From: Actinomycetes bacterium | GTDB lineage: Bacteria; Actinomycetota; Actinomycetes; S36-B12; GCA-2699445 | Assembly: GCA_022600255.1 (NCBI GenBank) | Contig: JAHZKU010000299.1 | Coordinates: 1 to 37,077 of the forward strand | Reading direction: 5' to 3' | Length of the DNA: 37,077 bases | Shown: one piece after another, positions 18,848 to 29,738 of the stretch | Numbering within the stretch: position 1 is the first letter of the stretch | Layout of the letters: every line of letters starts with the position of its first letter | Program-made: the position numbers and the translations under genes | Notes under the pieces: generated by a model | Seen by the model: only the letters and a program-made list of their open reading frames with translations | Told to the model about the DNA's origin: nothing | Database searches by the model: none

Positions 18848-19873
18848 CTACGGGGCAGGGTCCTGATCCGGGGCTGCGGCGCTATCCGATCCCGGGAAAT
18901 GGCAGGCGACTTCGTGGCCCGCACCGGTGTCGGATAGCTCCGGTCGCACAGCACCACACAGGTCCGTGGCTTTCCCACAGCGCGATCGAAAGCTACAGCC
19001 CTCTGGCGACGATGGATCATCCGGCACGACGGTCTGGGGCTGGCCGGGCTGCTGACTGCGGTCACGATCTCGGCTGGGTACAGCCGCCAGTAGTTGCAGC
19101 GTGTAGGGGTGCTGTGGCGACGCATAGATCGCAGCCGCTGGGCCGGCCTCCACGATCCGGCCCTGATACATAACGGCAATTCGATCGGCAATCTGCCGAA
19201 CGACCGCCAGGTCATGACTGACAAACACGTAGGACAGTTGGTGACTGTCTCGCAGGTCAAGCATCAGATTGATGATCTGGGCTTGAATAGAGACGTCCAA
19301 TGCCGACACTGGCTCGTCGGCGATGATGATGTTTGGGCGAAGCGCCAAGGCGCGGGCGATTCCGATTCGCTGCCGCTGCCCACCGGAAAACTCGTGCGGG
19401 TATCGATTGATGAGCTCGGGGTTCAGACCAACAGTAGCCATCAGTTCCGCCACCGCTTCGGTCCTGGATTTTCCAAGCGGCAATCGGTCGCGGTGAATCT
19501 GGAAGGGTTCCCCGATGATTGCTTTCAGCGTCATCCGAGGATTCAGCGATGTGTACGGGTCCTGCAGGATCAACTGGATGTTGCGTCGTTTGGCGCGCAG
19601 CTGCCCTGATGACAGTTGCGCCAAGTTGTCTCCGGCAACCTCAATCGATCCGCTCGTCGGTGTTTGCAGCCCTATCAGCAGTCGAGCCAACGTGGACTTT
19701 CCCGAGCCGCTCTCCCCCACAAGGGCCAAGGTCTCCCCACGCCGGAGTTGTAGGCTTACGCCAGCCACGGCTCGGACGGCCCCGATCTGCTTCCGCCGAA
19801 TGATTCCGCGAGTGAGGGGATACTCCAGGGATACCGCATCGGCCACCAGCACGACGTCGTTAACTTTCGCCAC
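18848..19873 (-). CDS. oppF: Oligopeptide ABC transporter ATPase
   Basis: GESGSGKS, FSGGQRQR, DEPVSALD, HPYT, Cys-rich tail; AGGAGGTG RBS. Confidence 0.9.
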   Translation of the reverse strand: MAKVNDVVLVADAVSLEYPLTRGIIRRKQIGAVRAVAGVSLQLRRGETLALVGESGSGKSTLARLLIGLQTPTSGSIEVAGDNLAQLSSGQLRAKRRNIQLILQDPYTSLNPRMTLKAIIGEPFQIHRDRLPLGKSRTEAVAELMATVGLNPELINRYPHEFSGGQRQRIGIARALALRPNIIIADEPVSALDVSIQAQIINLMLDLRDSHQLSYVFVSHDLAVVRQIADRIAVMYQGRIVEAGPAAAIYASPQHPYTLQLLAAVPSRDRDRSQQPGQPQTVVPDDPSSPEGCSFRSRCGKATDLCGAVRPELSDTGAGHEVACHFPGSDSAAAPDQDPAP

Positions 19874-20858
19874 CGGATAACACCTCCTGTGCAAACCAGC
19901 AACGCGCCTGTCGGTCCGACTTCACAAGGTCTAGGTCCGGCCCAGGATGCTGACTACAGCAACGCTGGGCAACTTCGCAGCGTGGGTGAAACGAACAACC
20001 TGGTATCGGCTCCAACGGGTTGGGCGGTCGACCGGGAATACTTGGCAACCGGTCCACCCGTTCGGTCATGCTGGGCACAGCACGCAGCAGTGCTGCTGTG
20101 TATGGGTGCGCTGGTTGGTCAAGGACGGCACGCGCGGATCCCTGCTCAACGACTTCTCCCGCGTACATGACTAGCATGCGTTGCGCCATTTCAGCCACAA
20201 CACCCAAGTCATGTGTGATCAGCAGTAAGCCCATATTGGTCTCGGTCTGGATCTGGGCCAGGAGTGCCAAGATCTGCGCCTGAACGGTGACATCCAGGGC
20301 CGTGGTGGGCTCATCCGCAATCAGGAGTTTGGGCTGCAACGCGATCATCATGGCAATCATGATCCGTTGCCGCATCCCCCCAGAGAACTGATGCGGATAA
20401 TCCGAATATCGTTGGCGAGCGCCCGGGATTTGCACGCGCTGCATCACTTCGATCGCAGCATTGCGTGCCTGCTCTCGACCCATATTCAAGTGGCCGCGAT
20501 ACATTTCGGCGATCTGCTCGCCGACGCTGAGCACCGGATTCAACGCCGAGAGAGCATCTTGGAAGATCATACCGATCTCTACCCCCCGCACGGCCCGGAG
20601 TTGCTTCTCAGGCAGTCCACTCAGCGCGCGCCCCTCCAAAAAAATCTGGCCGCGGCTAATCCGAGCCGGTGGTGAGTCCAAGATCCCCATCACGGCTTGG
20701 GCCGTGACACTTTTTCCGGAACCGGATTCACCCAGGATGGCCACGGTCTCACCCGGGTTCACCTGGAAAGAAACGCCATCCACAGCTCGCACCACCCCAT
20801 CGCGGGTGTGGAAATCAACGGCAAGATCGTGAACGGCCAGGAGTGGAGTTGCCGTCAT
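19860..20858 (-). CDS. oppD: Oligopeptide ABC transporter ATPase
   Basis: GESGSGKS, YPHQFSGGMRQR, DEPTTALD, GCSFHPRC; ATG overlaps oppC stop. Confidence 0.9.
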   Translation of the reverse strand: MTATPLLAVHDLAVDFHTRDGVVRAVDGVSFQVNPGETVAILGESGSGKSVTAQAVMGILDSPPARISRGQIFLEGRALSGLPEKQLRAVRGVEIGMIFQDALSALNPVLSVGEQIAEMYRGHLNMGREQARNAAIEVMQRVQIPGARQRYSDYPHQFSGGMRQRIMIAMMIALQPKLLIADEPTTALDVTVQAQILALLAQIQTETNMGLLLITHDLGVVAEMAQRMLVMYAGEVVEQGSARAVLDQPAHPYTAALLRAVPSMTERVDRLPSIPGRPPNPLEPIPGCSFHPRCEVAQRCCSQHPGPDLDLVKSDRQARCWFAQEVLSGGES

Positions 20859-21796
20859 CAGGCCCGCCGTGCCTTGGGATCTAACGCATCGCGCACAGCG
20901 TCCCCGAGCAGGATGAATGCTAGGACCGTCATACTCAAGAACGCTGCCGGAAATAGCAGTGTCCAGGGCGCCGCAAAGAACACGCTCTGGGCATCGGAAA
21001 TCATCGTGCCCCAACTGAATACCGGCGGCTGAATCCCCAAACCCAAGAACGAGAACGTCGCTTCGACGGCGATGAACGCCCCCAGACTGATGACAGCCAA
21101 CACGATGCTGGGACCAATCGCGTTAGGCAAAATGTGGCGGAACATAATTCGGCCATCGCTCGCGCCGAGCGCCCGCGCCGCCAACGTGTAGTCCTGGTTC
21201 TTGCCTTCGATCGTGGTCGAGCGTACCAACCGTGCTGCTGGCACCCAACCCAGCAACGTGAGCACTAGGACCACCCCCCAGATGCCCGGCAGCCGTACCG
21301 CGGTCAGGAGCACAATTCCCCCTAATATCAGCGGCAGGCCGTAGAACACATCCACGATGCGAGACAGCACAGCATCCACCCACCGCCCGAAGTACCCGGC
21401 CGTCAAGCCGATCACCACCCCGATCAGCGTGGTCGTCACTACCCCGATGACCCCAACGGTCACGCTTGGTCTGGCACCAAAGACCGTCAGGGCGAAGACG
21501 TCGCATCCCTGCTGATCTGTCCCGAACCAATGCTCAGCGCTCGGGGCCTGAAGCGAATCACTGAGTTGGCAACCCCCGGTGAGCGACGACGTCTTCTCAG
21601 CGTCGGCGACCAGCCCCGGGACGAGGACAAGCAGCAGCACTAGGGCGATGAGAATCGCGCTGATCCAGAACATGGGACTTCGGCGAAGTTCCAGCCAGGC
21701 ATCACCGAGCAGCCCGCGGCCAGTGACTGTTCCGGTACCGGTGCCGGTGCCGGTGCCGGTTAGGCTCAGCTCAGCGGCCGGGGTGGGGTCACTCAT
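20858..21796 (-). CDS. oppC: Oligopeptide ABC transporter permease
   Basis: HWFGTDQQGCD, AARALGA, RHILPN, SFLGLG, GDAVRDALDP. Confidence 0.92.
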   Translation of the reverse strand: MSDPTPAAELSLTGTGTGTGTGTVTGRGLLGDAWLELRRSPMFWISAILIALVLLLVLVPGLVADAEKTSSLTGGCQLSDSLQAPSAEHWFGTDQQGCDVFALTVFGARPSVTVGVIGVVTTTLIGVVIGLTAGYFGRWVDAVLSRIVDVFYGLPLILGGIVLLTAVRLPGIWGVVLVLTLLGWVPAARLVRSTTIEGKNQDYTLAARALGASDGRIMFRHILPNAIGPSIVLAVISLGAFIAVEATFSFLGLGIQPPVFSWGTMISDAQSVFFAAPWTLLFPAAFLSMTVLAFILLGDAVRDALDPKARRA

Positions 21797-22724
21797 AACG
21801 AATCCTCGGGTCCAACACGCCGTAGAGCAGGTCCACCAGCAGGTTGACCAGCAAATAGATGATCACCAAGGCCGTCACAAGACCCACAACAACAACGGCC
21901 TCGCCGAGCCGGATTGAGGAGTACAGTTGCTGGCCGATCCCGGGCACATTGAAGATTCCCTCAATCACAACGGCGCCACCCATTAAGGCGGCCAAATCCG
22001 CGCCGAGGAAGGTGACAACCGGTATTAGCGAGTTGCGCAACCCGTATTTGCGCAGGATGGTCCACGGTGGCAGCCCCTTCGCGCGCGCGGTGCGGATGAA
22101 GTCGCTGTTCAACGTTTCGAGCAAGCTCTGTCGCGTCAGTCGGAGCACGTAGGCCAGCGATAACGCCGCCAGCACGATAGCTGGCAAGATGTAGGCCATC
22201 GGCCATCCAGCCGAGATCCCAGCGACCGGGAACCAACCCAGTTTGACCCCGAACAGCCATTGAGCGACATACCCCAAGACGAACACGGGGATGGAGATCA
22301 GAATCAGGCTGCCCGCAAGCGAGAGGTTGTCGATAAACCGGCCCTTTCGCAGTGCAGCCCAAACCCCGATGCCAACGCCAAGCAGTGCCTCGAACACGAA
22401 CGCAGTCAGGGCCAGTTTGAGCGTGACGGGGAATCTTTCCACAAATATCTCCGCAACCGACTGCCCGCGAAAGGTCTGACCCAGGTCTCCTGTGAAAATC
22501 CCCCCTAGATACTTCAAGTACTGCACGAAGAACGGGTCATCTAGATTGAACTGCTCCTGCAAGTAAGCCAAATAGGCGGGGTTGGCTTGTTTGCCGACGG
22601 AGAGGTTGGCTAGCGGATCTCCCGGCAGGGCAAACATCAGAAAGTAAACTAGAAAAGTTGTGCCGAAGAACACCGGCACGAACTGCAATCCGCGTCGGGC
22701 GGCGTACCTACCCACGATTGCCAC
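21789..22724 (-). CDS. oppB: Oligopeptide ABC transporter permease
   Basis: PGDP, GDLG, DFIRTARAKGL, DLLYGVLDPRIR. Confidence 0.92.
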   Translation of the reverse strand: MAIVGRYAARRGLQFVPVFFGTTFLVYFLMFALPGDPLANLSVGKQANPAYLAYLQEQFNLDDPFFVQYLKYLGGIFTGDLGQTFRGQSVAEIFVERFPVTLKLALTAFVFEALLGVGIGVWAALRKGRFIDNLSLAGSLILISIPVFVLGYVAQWLFGVKLGWFPVAGISAGWPMAYILPAIVLAALSLAYVLRLTRQSLLETLNSDFIRTARAKGLPPWTILRKYGLRNSLIPVVTFLGADLAALMGGAVVIEGIFNVPGIGQQLYSSIRLGEAVVVVGLVTALVIIYLLVNLLVDLLYGVLDPRIRYE

Positions 22725-22739
22725 ACAGAGCGTGCGCCC

Positions 22740-22768
22740 GGCTGGAGTGACGCCGGTTCATTCCAGCC
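22740..22768 (-). other. Intercistronic stem-loop between oppA and oppB
   Basis: GGCTGGAGTGA/TCATTCCAGCC inverted repeat (10 of 11), 7-nt loop. Confidence 0.55.
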
Positions 22769-22804
22769 CAAGCAGCCGGCCTGCGCAGTCTGGGCGCCAC
22801 TGGG

Positions 22805-24469
22805 CTAGCTCTGCTCGGTAACCGAAATCTTGGGAATATTGATCATTCCGAGGGGATTCACCACCACATTGTCGATGCGGTTGGACCAGCCCGCCACCGT
22901 GTTGCGCATCTGATAGGGGTATGCGTAGAAGTCTTCCAGAATCAGCTGCTCCGCCTCCACCCACTTCTGCTGCTGCGTCGTGGGATCACTAGCCACGTTG
23001 CCTTCAGCGATCAGACGATCGACCTCGGCGTTGCTGTACTGAATGTCATTTGCGAAGTTGGAGCTCTCAAAGATCGTAATCATGGCTTGGATGGTGGGGT
23101 GGTCGGCCACCCAACCAAGCGCGTAGATGAAGTTGTCGGGGGCATCACCGGAGGAAAGGAAGTCCAGATACTCGCCGAACCCACTGAACGTCTTCAAGGA
23201 ACACTTGATGCCCAGATTGGTCTGCAGTTGATTACAGGCCGCCGTCTGGGTGTCCTTGGAGTCACTGGCAATCACGCCAATCTCGACCGAGCCGCCGGGC
23301 AAGCCGCCAGCGCCGTCAAGCAACGACTTGGCCGCCGTGGCATCAAAGACACACTTGTCACCACACAGATCGGTGCCGCCACCGGGAATCGTGTCCGGGG
23401 CGAAACTCGTGGCCGTGGACCTAGTGTCGAACCAGATCTTCTCGTTGATCTCAGACCAGTTAATGGCCTTTGAGATGGCGATCCGAACGTCCTTTTCCTT
23501 AAAGGTCTTGGAGTCTGATGCGAATCCGTAGAAGCTGTACGAGAGTGCCCCCGGATCATTCACATATCGATCCCCCAGCACGGATGAGGCACTGGAAAGC
23601 GCATTGTTGGGCAGATCCGGGATGAGATCCAGATTGTCGCCCTGCAGATCGGCCCACATCGTTTGTTTGTTCTCGTAGACCCGGAAGTCCACGCCGTCAG
23701 CCAACCCGGCCGTCCCGGCGTAGTCGGGATTCTTGACGACCTTGATCTCTTGGCCAGTCCGAGGCTCAGCCATCATGTAGGGGCCATTGCCAATCAACTG
23801 CTTGTCGAATGCCTTCGGGTCCTTCAACCCCACCGTCGGCATCGGCATGATCTGCGGTCCGGCCAAGAAGTTCTGGAAAATTTCCGGACTGAGCGCCTTT
23901 TCTAATGTGACCTCGATGGTCAGGTCGTCGTCTTTTGCCACGGCCAAACCTGACATGGTTTCCCCTGTCGTCTTGGGTCCCGAGACGTCCTCGTACCCCA
24001 CGACGTTCAAATAAGACGGACTGAACACAAATCCCAACTGTTGGCCGTTGCCACCATTGGCGGTGTAGTTCCAAGTATCCACGAACGTACTCGCAGTCAC
24101 CTTCTCATCGTTCGTAAAGGTGAAGCCAGGATTCAGGGTGATCTCCCAGTTCTTCCCATCATCGGTTGTTTCGACCGAGTTGGTCAGTTCACTGGGCGTA
24201 ACCTCGTATGCGCCTGATTCCCCGGCCTCAAAGGTGAACAGACCGGTGTATGTCGCAGACAGGACCTGCTGGCAGTACAACTCATAACAATCCGTTGGCA
24301 CAATGGTCTGGGGGTCTTCGATCGCGATGGAGTACGTTCCACCGGAGACGGCACTCGGGCTTGATGATGCGTCGGTGTCCGTACCACTGCTGCTGCAACT
24401 CCCCAGGAGCAGGGCGCTGGCCAAGGCGACCCCACCGATGGTGAACTTCTTGCGGGCCTTTGTAAACAC
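22805..24469 (-). CDS. oppA: Oligopeptide ABC transporter substrate-binding lipoprotein (family 5)
   Basis: Lipobox LLGSC, Ser-rich linker, IGNGPY, VRIAISKAIN; GGAGA RBS before GTG 24469. Confidence 0.88.
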   Translation of the reverse strand: MFTKARKKFTIGGVALASALLLGSCSSSGTDTDASSSPSAVSGGTYSIAIEDPQTIVPTDCYELYCQQVLSATYTGLFTFEAGESGAYEVTPSELTNSVETTDDGKNWEITLNPGFTFTNDEKVTASTFVDTWNYTANGGNGQQLGFVFSPSYLNVVGYEDVSGPKTTGETMSGLAVAKDDDLTIEVTLEKALSPEIFQNFLAGPQIMPMPTVGLKDPKAFDKQLIGNGPYMMAEPRTGQEIKVVKNPDYAGTAGLADGVDFRVYENKQTMWADLQGDNLDLIPDLPNNALSSASSVLGDRYVNDPGALSYSFYGFASDSKTFKEKDVRIAISKAINWSEINEKIWFDTRSTATSFAPDTIPGGGTDLCGDKCVFDATAAKSLLDGAGGLPGGSVEIGVIASDSKDTQTAACNQLQTNLGIKCSLKTFSGFGEYLDFLSSGDAPDNFIYALGWVADHPTIQAMITIFESSNFANDIQYSNAEVDRLIAEGNVASDPTTQQQKWVEAEQLILEDFYAYPYQMRNTVAGWSNRIDNVVVNPLGMINIPKISVTEQS

Positions 24470-24645
24470 AGTCTCTCCACAGTTCGTGAACGGGGACATG
24501 CCGATACGTCGTGAGACTAGCCGGTTGTGAGCATTCTTGCCTGCCGAAACGTTCGTAGAGCAGCAACGGCGCTGACAGCGACCCGTTGGGAGACGGGCAA
24601 TGACGGTAACCTTCTTGGGCAAGTCTGCTGACCTAGGAGGACGCC

Positions 24646-25119
24646 ATGAGCCGACGAGAACTGATACGGATGACGGGCGACGAAGTCACGCAGTTCTTGG
24701 CCGCGTCACGCACGATGACTTGTGCCACCAACGGCAAGAACGGATGGCCCCACACGATGCCATTGTGGTTCGTCGTGCGCCAAGGCGTTCTGTGGGCCTG
24801 GACCTTCGCGAAGTCTCAAAAAGTGCGCAACTTGGAGCGCGATCCCAAGGCGACCGTGCAAGTGGAGGCCGGGGAAGAGTACGCCGAGTTGCGCGGCGTG
24901 ATGTTGCAGTGCGAGGTCCGAATCCATCGCGAGAGGACCCAAGTGGCCGGTGTTGGACTCGACATCGCCGCTAGATATGGCGGTGTTTCCCGCGACGAGA
25001 TGCCTGCTGAAGCACACGCGTTGATCGAGAAACAAGCTGCCAAGCGGGTGGCTTTGGAGTTTGTTGAGGTGCACCGAGCGACTTGGGACCATCGCAAACT
25101 CGGCGCGGGTACCTACTAA
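24646..25119 (+). CDS. Pyridoxamine 5'-phosphate oxidase-like split-barrel protein (possibly F420-dependent)
   Basis: CATNG..GWPH, KSQKVRNLERDP, YAELRGV, WDHRKL; AGGAGG RBS. Confidence 0.88.
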   Translation: MSRRELIRMTGDEVTQFLAASRTMTCATNGKNGWPHTMPLWFVVRQGVLWAWTFAKSQKVRNLERDPKATVQVEAGEEYAELRGVMLQCEVRIHRERTQVAGVGLDIAARYGGVSRDEMPAEAHALIEKQAAKRVALEFVEVHRATWDHRKLGAGTY

Positions 25120-25228
25120 AAGCACCTTGCCGCAGCCCGCCCGGGTCGGCTGATCGGTGGGCAGAACTGCGTGCGGCCTAGATTTCCCAACGCCGAGCCG
25201 GAATCCAGCTAGCGAACGCTAGGGGGCC

Positions 25229-26245
25229 TCAGAGAACGTCCGAGAAGGTCTTAACGGGCATCTTCAACTCTTCCAGCAGTTCGATGTCAGCCGACGGTTC
25301 CCGGCCCAGAGTGGTGAGGTAGTTGCCGACAATCACGGCGTTGATACCGCCCATCAAGCCTTCCTTCGTGCCGATGTCCCCCAGGGTGACTTCACGACCG
25401 CCCGCGTAGCGCAGGATGGTCTTTGGCAGGGCGAGTCGGAAAGCGCCGATCGCTCGCAAGGCGTCCCCTGAGCTCAAAGTTGGTACGTCTGCGAACGGCG
25501 TGCCTGGCCGCGGATCCAGGAAATTCATGGGAACTTCGTGGGGGCTCAGTTCAGCCAACTGTGCCGCGAACTCGGCCCGTTGCTCAACGGTTTCGCCCAT
25601 CCCCAAGATGCCACCGCAGCAGACCTCCATGCCCACCTTGGCCACGAGTTGCAGCGTCTCAACCCGCTCCTCCCAAGTGTGCGTCGTGACGACCTGGGGA
25701 AAGTAGGAGCGAGCAGTCTCCAAGTTGTGGTTGTAGCGGTGCACGCCCATGTCGACCAACTCGTCCGCCTGTGCTGGTGTGAGGATCCCCAGGCTGCAGG
25801 CAATATCGATCTCGACCTCAGCGTTGATGGCCTCGATCCCTTCGCGTACCTGTTTCATCAGACGCTTGTCTGGCCCACGAACGGCCGCAACAATGCAGAA
25901 CTCCGTGGCACCGGTCTTAGCGGTCTCTTTCGCCGCTTTGACCAGTTCGGGAATGTCCAACCGCGCCACCGTGACCGGGGCCGGGAAACGCGCGGACTGG
26001 GAACAGAAATGGCAGTCTTCTGGACATCCGCCGGTCTTGAACGAAATGATGCCTTCGACCTCGACTTCTGGGCCACACCATTTCATCCGAACGTCATGCG
26101 CCAGTTGCAGCAAATCACCGATCCGGTCGTCCGGCAGTTGCAATACCTTAAGGATCTCCGACTCAGGCAGCGGTTCGCCGCGCTCGAGCACACTCACCCG
26201 GGCGCGCGCCAGCACATCGTCAGTCAGATCAACGGTTTCACTCAT
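25229..26245 (-). CDS. bioB: Biotin synthase
   Basis: CPEDCHFC radical SAM motif, [24 protein letters not shown]. Confidence 0.97.
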   Translation of the reverse strand: MSETVDLTDDVLARARVSVLERGEPLPESEILKVLQLPDDRIGDLLQLAHDVRMKWCGPEVEVEGIISFKTGGCPEDCHFCSQSARFPAPVTVARLDIPELVKAAKETAKTGATEFCIVAAVRGPDKRLMKQVREGIEAINAEVEIDIACSLGILTPAQADELVDMGVHRYNHNLETARSYFPQVVTTHTWEERVETLQLVAKVGMEVCCGGILGMGETVEQRAEFAAQLAELSPHEVPMNFLDPRPGTPFADVPTLSSGDALRAIGAFRLALPKTILRYAGGREVTLGDIGTKEGLMGGINAVIVGNYLTTLGREPSADIELLEELKMPVKTFSDVL

Positions 26246-26973
26246 GAGTTCTCCTGTCGCTTTGCATATGATCCCATTGACTCCCCTGACCTCACACGAC
26301 CCCCCACAGATTCGGACAACGCGGCTCGCGCGGCTGCGAGGAACGCGCCACGATCAGCCGACCCCAGCCCCTCGGGAAGCACGCCTAGCAAGGGCCGCCG
26401 GGCCAGATTGGGTAAGTCCTGCAGGTTTTCCTGCGCAGCGATGTCGGGTGCGCTGGGCCAGGAACCGACGATTAGGCCGGCGATGGGAATTCCACGGTTG
26501 CGGGCAACCTCCAGCGTTAGCGCCGTGTGGTTCAACGTCCCGAGGCCAGCGGCGACAACCACGATGGTCTCCCCGCCCAACAGCGCCGCGAGATCGGAGA
26601 ACGTTTCTCCTGCAGCGTTGATTCGCACCAGCAGTCCGCCAGCACCTTCCACCAACACCAGATCGAAGTCGCCCGAAAGCCGCTGGATCGCCGTGACCAA
26701 CTCGGTAGCCGTGACTTCGGCCAGACCACTCCGGCGGGCGGCCGCCTCTGGACTCAGCGGATCCGGGTAGCGGACGAATTCGAAGATGTCGGTGACTCCG
26801 GCTAGGCGTGTTACATCGGCCAAGTCGCCCGGTTCGCCCACCCTAAGGCCAGTTTGAATCGGCTTCACCACGGCCACCCGTTGCCCAGCGTCGGCCGCCA
26901 CCGCGGCCAGGGCGGCCACCGCGATCGTCTTGCCCACGTCGGTGCCCGTCCCAGTCACCAGAGTGACGTTCAC
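26242..26973 (-). CDS. bioD: Dethiobiotin synthetase
   Basis: [27 protein letters not shown]; 4-nt overlaps on both sides. Confidence 0.95.
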   Translation of the reverse strand: MNVTLVTGTGTDVGKTIAVAALAAVAADAGQRVAVVKPIQTGLRVGEPGDLADVTRLAGVTDIFEFVRYPDPLSPEAAARRSGLAEVTATELVTAIQRLSGDFDLVLVEGAGGLLVRINAAGETFSDLAALLGGETIVVVAAGLGTLNHTALTLEVARNRGIPIAGLIVGSWPSAPDIAAQENLQDLPNLARRPLLGVLPEGLGSADRGAFLAAARAALSESVGGRVRSGESMGSYAKRQENS

Positions 26974-28193
26974 GACTGTCGCACTTCTGCGACGGGGTCG
27001 CTCAAATCCACGCTGGACTCCACACCGAGCGGGTTGTCCCGGTACGTTGCGGGCGCTGGGGGGCCGGCGCGCAGCAACTCCTGCACTTGTGCCAACTCGT
27101 TGGCCGTGAGACCAGCCTTGGCGGTGATTCGGAGCCGGGAGATGCCATCGGGCACCGACGGTGGCCGGAACACACCTACGTCGACGCCGGCCGTTCGCCA
27201 ACGCGCTTGTTCCCGGACCGCCACCTCGGGGTCTCCGATCTGCAAAGACAGCACCGCACCGCTCGGGGCGACGCTGGTCCAGCCTGCCGCCACCGCGGCC
27301 CTAAACAACTGGGTCGTATGGCTCCACAAGCGCTTGGGCAGGTCTGGCTCGCGGTTCAGTAACCGCAGCACCGCGGCGCTAGCCGCGACCGACGCTGGCG
27401 GCAACGCGGTGTCAAAAATGAAGGTACGCGCGGTGTCCACCAGATGATCGATCACGACCTGCTCACCCAACACTGCACCACCGGACGCTGCCAGCGATTT
27501 TGACAGCGTAGCGGTGATCAGTACCCCGGGGGCCCCAGCCAGCCCTGCAGCCGCGACCGAACCCGCTCCGCTGTCACCGACCACCCCCAGACTGTGGGCT
27601 TCGTCAACCAGCATCGCCGCACCGTGCTGTTCACAAACCCGGTGCAGCGCGGCCAAGTCGGCGGCATCACCGTCCACGCTGAAGATGGACTCAGTGACCA
27701 CCAGCGCCCGCGGCTGTGTCCGGGTCGCCAGAACCTCCGCCACTGCTGACACCGAACGGTGCGGCACCACTGCAACCTCGGCACGCGACAAGCGAGCCCC
27801 ATCAATGATCGAGGCGTGGTTGTAGGCGTCTGAGACGATCAGCGTGTCCGCGTCGCACAGTGCGGTCATGACACCAAGGTTGGCGGCATAGCCAGTGCTG
27901 AACACTAGGGCCGCTGCGGCGCCGGTGTGCCGGGCCAAGTCATGCTCTAAGTCAGCGTGCGCCTGGGTCGACCCCGCGACCAAGCGAGAGGCCTTCGACC
28001 CGGTTCCCCAGCGTGCCACTGCATCGGCTGTGGCTGCCATGATGCGCGGGTCTTGGCTCAGGGAGAGGTAATCGTTGCTAGCCAGGTCAATCAGCTGCTG
28101 ATCGTGCTTCCTAGCGCGCAGCGTCCGACGCAGCCCAGCCCGGTCACGGTAGCGGGCGTGATCTTCTAGATGTTGCCAGCGGGGATCGGTCAT
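26970..28193 (-). CDS. bioF: 8-amino-7-oxononanoate synthase
   Basis: ASNDYL, GYAAN, NHASIIDG, FSVDGD, DEAH, TLSKS; ATG overlaps bioA stop. Confidence 0.95.
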   Translation of the reverse strand: MTDPRWQHLEDHARYRDRAGLRRTLRARKHDQQLIDLASNDYLSLSQDPRIMAATADAVARWGTGSKASRLVAGSTQAHADLEHDLARHTGAAAALVFSTGYAANLGVMTALCDADTLIVSDAYNHASIIDGARLSRAEVAVVPHRSVSAVAEVLATRTQPRALVVTESIFSVDGDAADLAALHRVCEQHGAAMLVDEAHSLGVVGDSGAGSVAAAGLAGAPGVLITATLSKSLAASGGAVLGEQVVIDHLVDTARTFIFDTALPPASVAASAAVLRLLNREPDLPKRLWSHTTQLFRAAVAAGWTSVAPSGAVLSLQIGDPEVAVREQARWRTAGVDVGVFRPPSVPDGISRLRITAKAGLTANELAQVQELLRAGPPAPATYRDNPLGVESSVDLSDPVAEVRQS

Positions 28194-29572
28194 CGAACCA
28201 CGGCGTCCACGGCGGCTGTGACAGTCGCGGTCAAGGTGTCGACCTCGGCGGGTTGGATCGCAAGTGGAGGCATGAGGATCACCACATCCCCCAGCGGCCG
28301 CACCCAAACCCCGTGGCGGCGCGCCCACTGGCAGACGTCGAAGCCAGTGCGCTCCGTCACCGGGTGCACCTCAATGCCGGTCATGGTGCCAATGCGGCGA
28401 ATCTCCATGACCCCAGGATGATCGGCGAGCGGCGCTAGGTTGCGAGCCAGCTGATCGGCCACGTCCTGCGCGTTTGCCAGTGTGTTGTCCGTGGCCATCA
28501 AATCCAGATTGGCCAACGCGGCGGCGGCCGCTGGCGGATTGGCCGTATAGGAGTGGCCGTGGAAGAACGTTCGTGCCGACGCCGGGCTGCCCAAGAAGGC
28601 CTCGTAGATTTCCTCGGTGGCCAGCACCGCCGAAAGGGGCAACATCCCGGCGGTGACGCCCTTGCCGAGCGTCAGCAAATCTGGCGAAACACCCGCGTGA
28701 TCCACTGCCCACATCTTTGCGGTCCGGCCAATGCCCGTGGCTACCTCGTCCGCAATCATGTAGGCGCCAGTGTCATCGCAGATTGCGCGGATGCCCTGCA
28801 CGAAGCTCGCGTCATGGGTGAGCATTCCGCCGGCACCCTGCACCATCGGTTCGATGATGATGGCGCAGACCTGATCCACGTGAGCCGCCATCAGATCACG
28901 CAACTCTTGCAGCACCTCGGCCGCCCGCGCCTGCGCAGATTGCTCCGCTGACCGCACCCCCGGACTACCAACTTGGCGCGTTTCCAGCATGATCGAGCGA
29001 TAGGTCTGGTGAAACAGTTCAATGCCACCAACACTGACGGCTCCCAGTGTGTCGCCGTGATAGCCCTCGGCGACGTGAACGATCAAGGGCCGGACCCCAC
29101 CGTTTTGTGCGTGCGCTTGGTAGGCCATTTTGATCGCTGCTTCCACAGCACTACTGCCATCACCGGCGTAGAAGACCCGATTCAGACCGCTTGGCGCGAG
29201 TTCCGCAAGCCGCTGCGCCAACTCAATCCCAGGCTCGTGTGTCAGGCCTAAGAACGTGGTGTGATCCAACCGCTGCAGTTGGGAGGTGACGGCCTCCACA
29301 ATCTTGGGGTGGGCGTGCCCGTGAACGTTGACCCAGAGCGATGAGACACCGTCCAAATATCGGTTACCGTCGGTGTCCCAGAAGTACATGCCTTCGGCGC
29401 GGTCCACAACCAACGGATCGTCCCCGAGCCAACGGCTGTGTTGGGTGAAGGGATGCCACACGTGAGCCGCGTCTTTGGCCACTAACGCTTGGGTACGGGC
29501 CCTCCTATTGGCTGTGTCCGTCACATCTGTCACATCACCACGCGCTGCGTTGGTGGTCCGCATGCCAGTCAT
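28190..29572 (-). CDS. bioA: 7,8-diaminononanoate aminotransferase
   Basis: WHPFTQ, SSLWVNVHGH, YHGDT, ADEVATG, LGKG, HGHSYTANP; GAGAGAGGG RBS. Confidence 0.94.
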   Translation of the reverse strand: MTGMRTTNAARGDVTDVTDTANRRARTQALVAKDAAHVWHPFTQHSRWLGDDPLVVDRAEGMYFWDTDGNRYLDGVSSLWVNVHGHAHPKIVEAVTSQLQRLDHTTFLGLTHEPGIELAQRLAELAPSGLNRVFYAGDGSSAVEAAIKMAYQAHAQNGGVRPLIVHVAEGYHGDTLGAVSVGGIELFHQTYRSIMLETRQVGSPGVRSAEQSAQARAAEVLQELRDLMAAHVDQVCAIIIEPMVQGAGGMLTHDASFVQGIRAICDDTGAYMIADEVATGIGRTAKMWAVDHAGVSPDLLTLGKGVTAGMLPLSAVLATEEIYEAFLGSPASARTFFHGHSYTANPPAAAAALANLDLMATDNTLANAQDVADQLARNLAPLADHPGVMEIRRIGTMTGIEVHPVTERTGFDVCQWARRHGVWVRPLGDVVILMPPLAIQPAEVDTLTATVTAAVDAVVR

Positions 29573-29738
29573 CGCGCCACACCCTCTCTCTGATCGATAG
29601 TGCCATCTTGCCCACCCCACACCCAATTCCCGCAGCCCGGCGTCGCACCGATCCGGCGCGGCTCAGGTTCCCTCCGACACGGCCGTGGCGGAAACTCGGG
29701 CAGCCACACCCGGTGGCTTTGTGCCAAGATTCTGGTCC

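Noticed and set aside
21731-21760. ACCGGC hexamer repeat encoding Thr-Gly run in oppC
   Set aside because: In-frame low-complexity N-terminal linker; copy change would not shift frame
25538-26770. 410-aa plus-strand ORF and similar long shadow ORFs
   Set aside because: Antisense to bioB/bioD; expected from high-GC codon bias; no recognisable motifs
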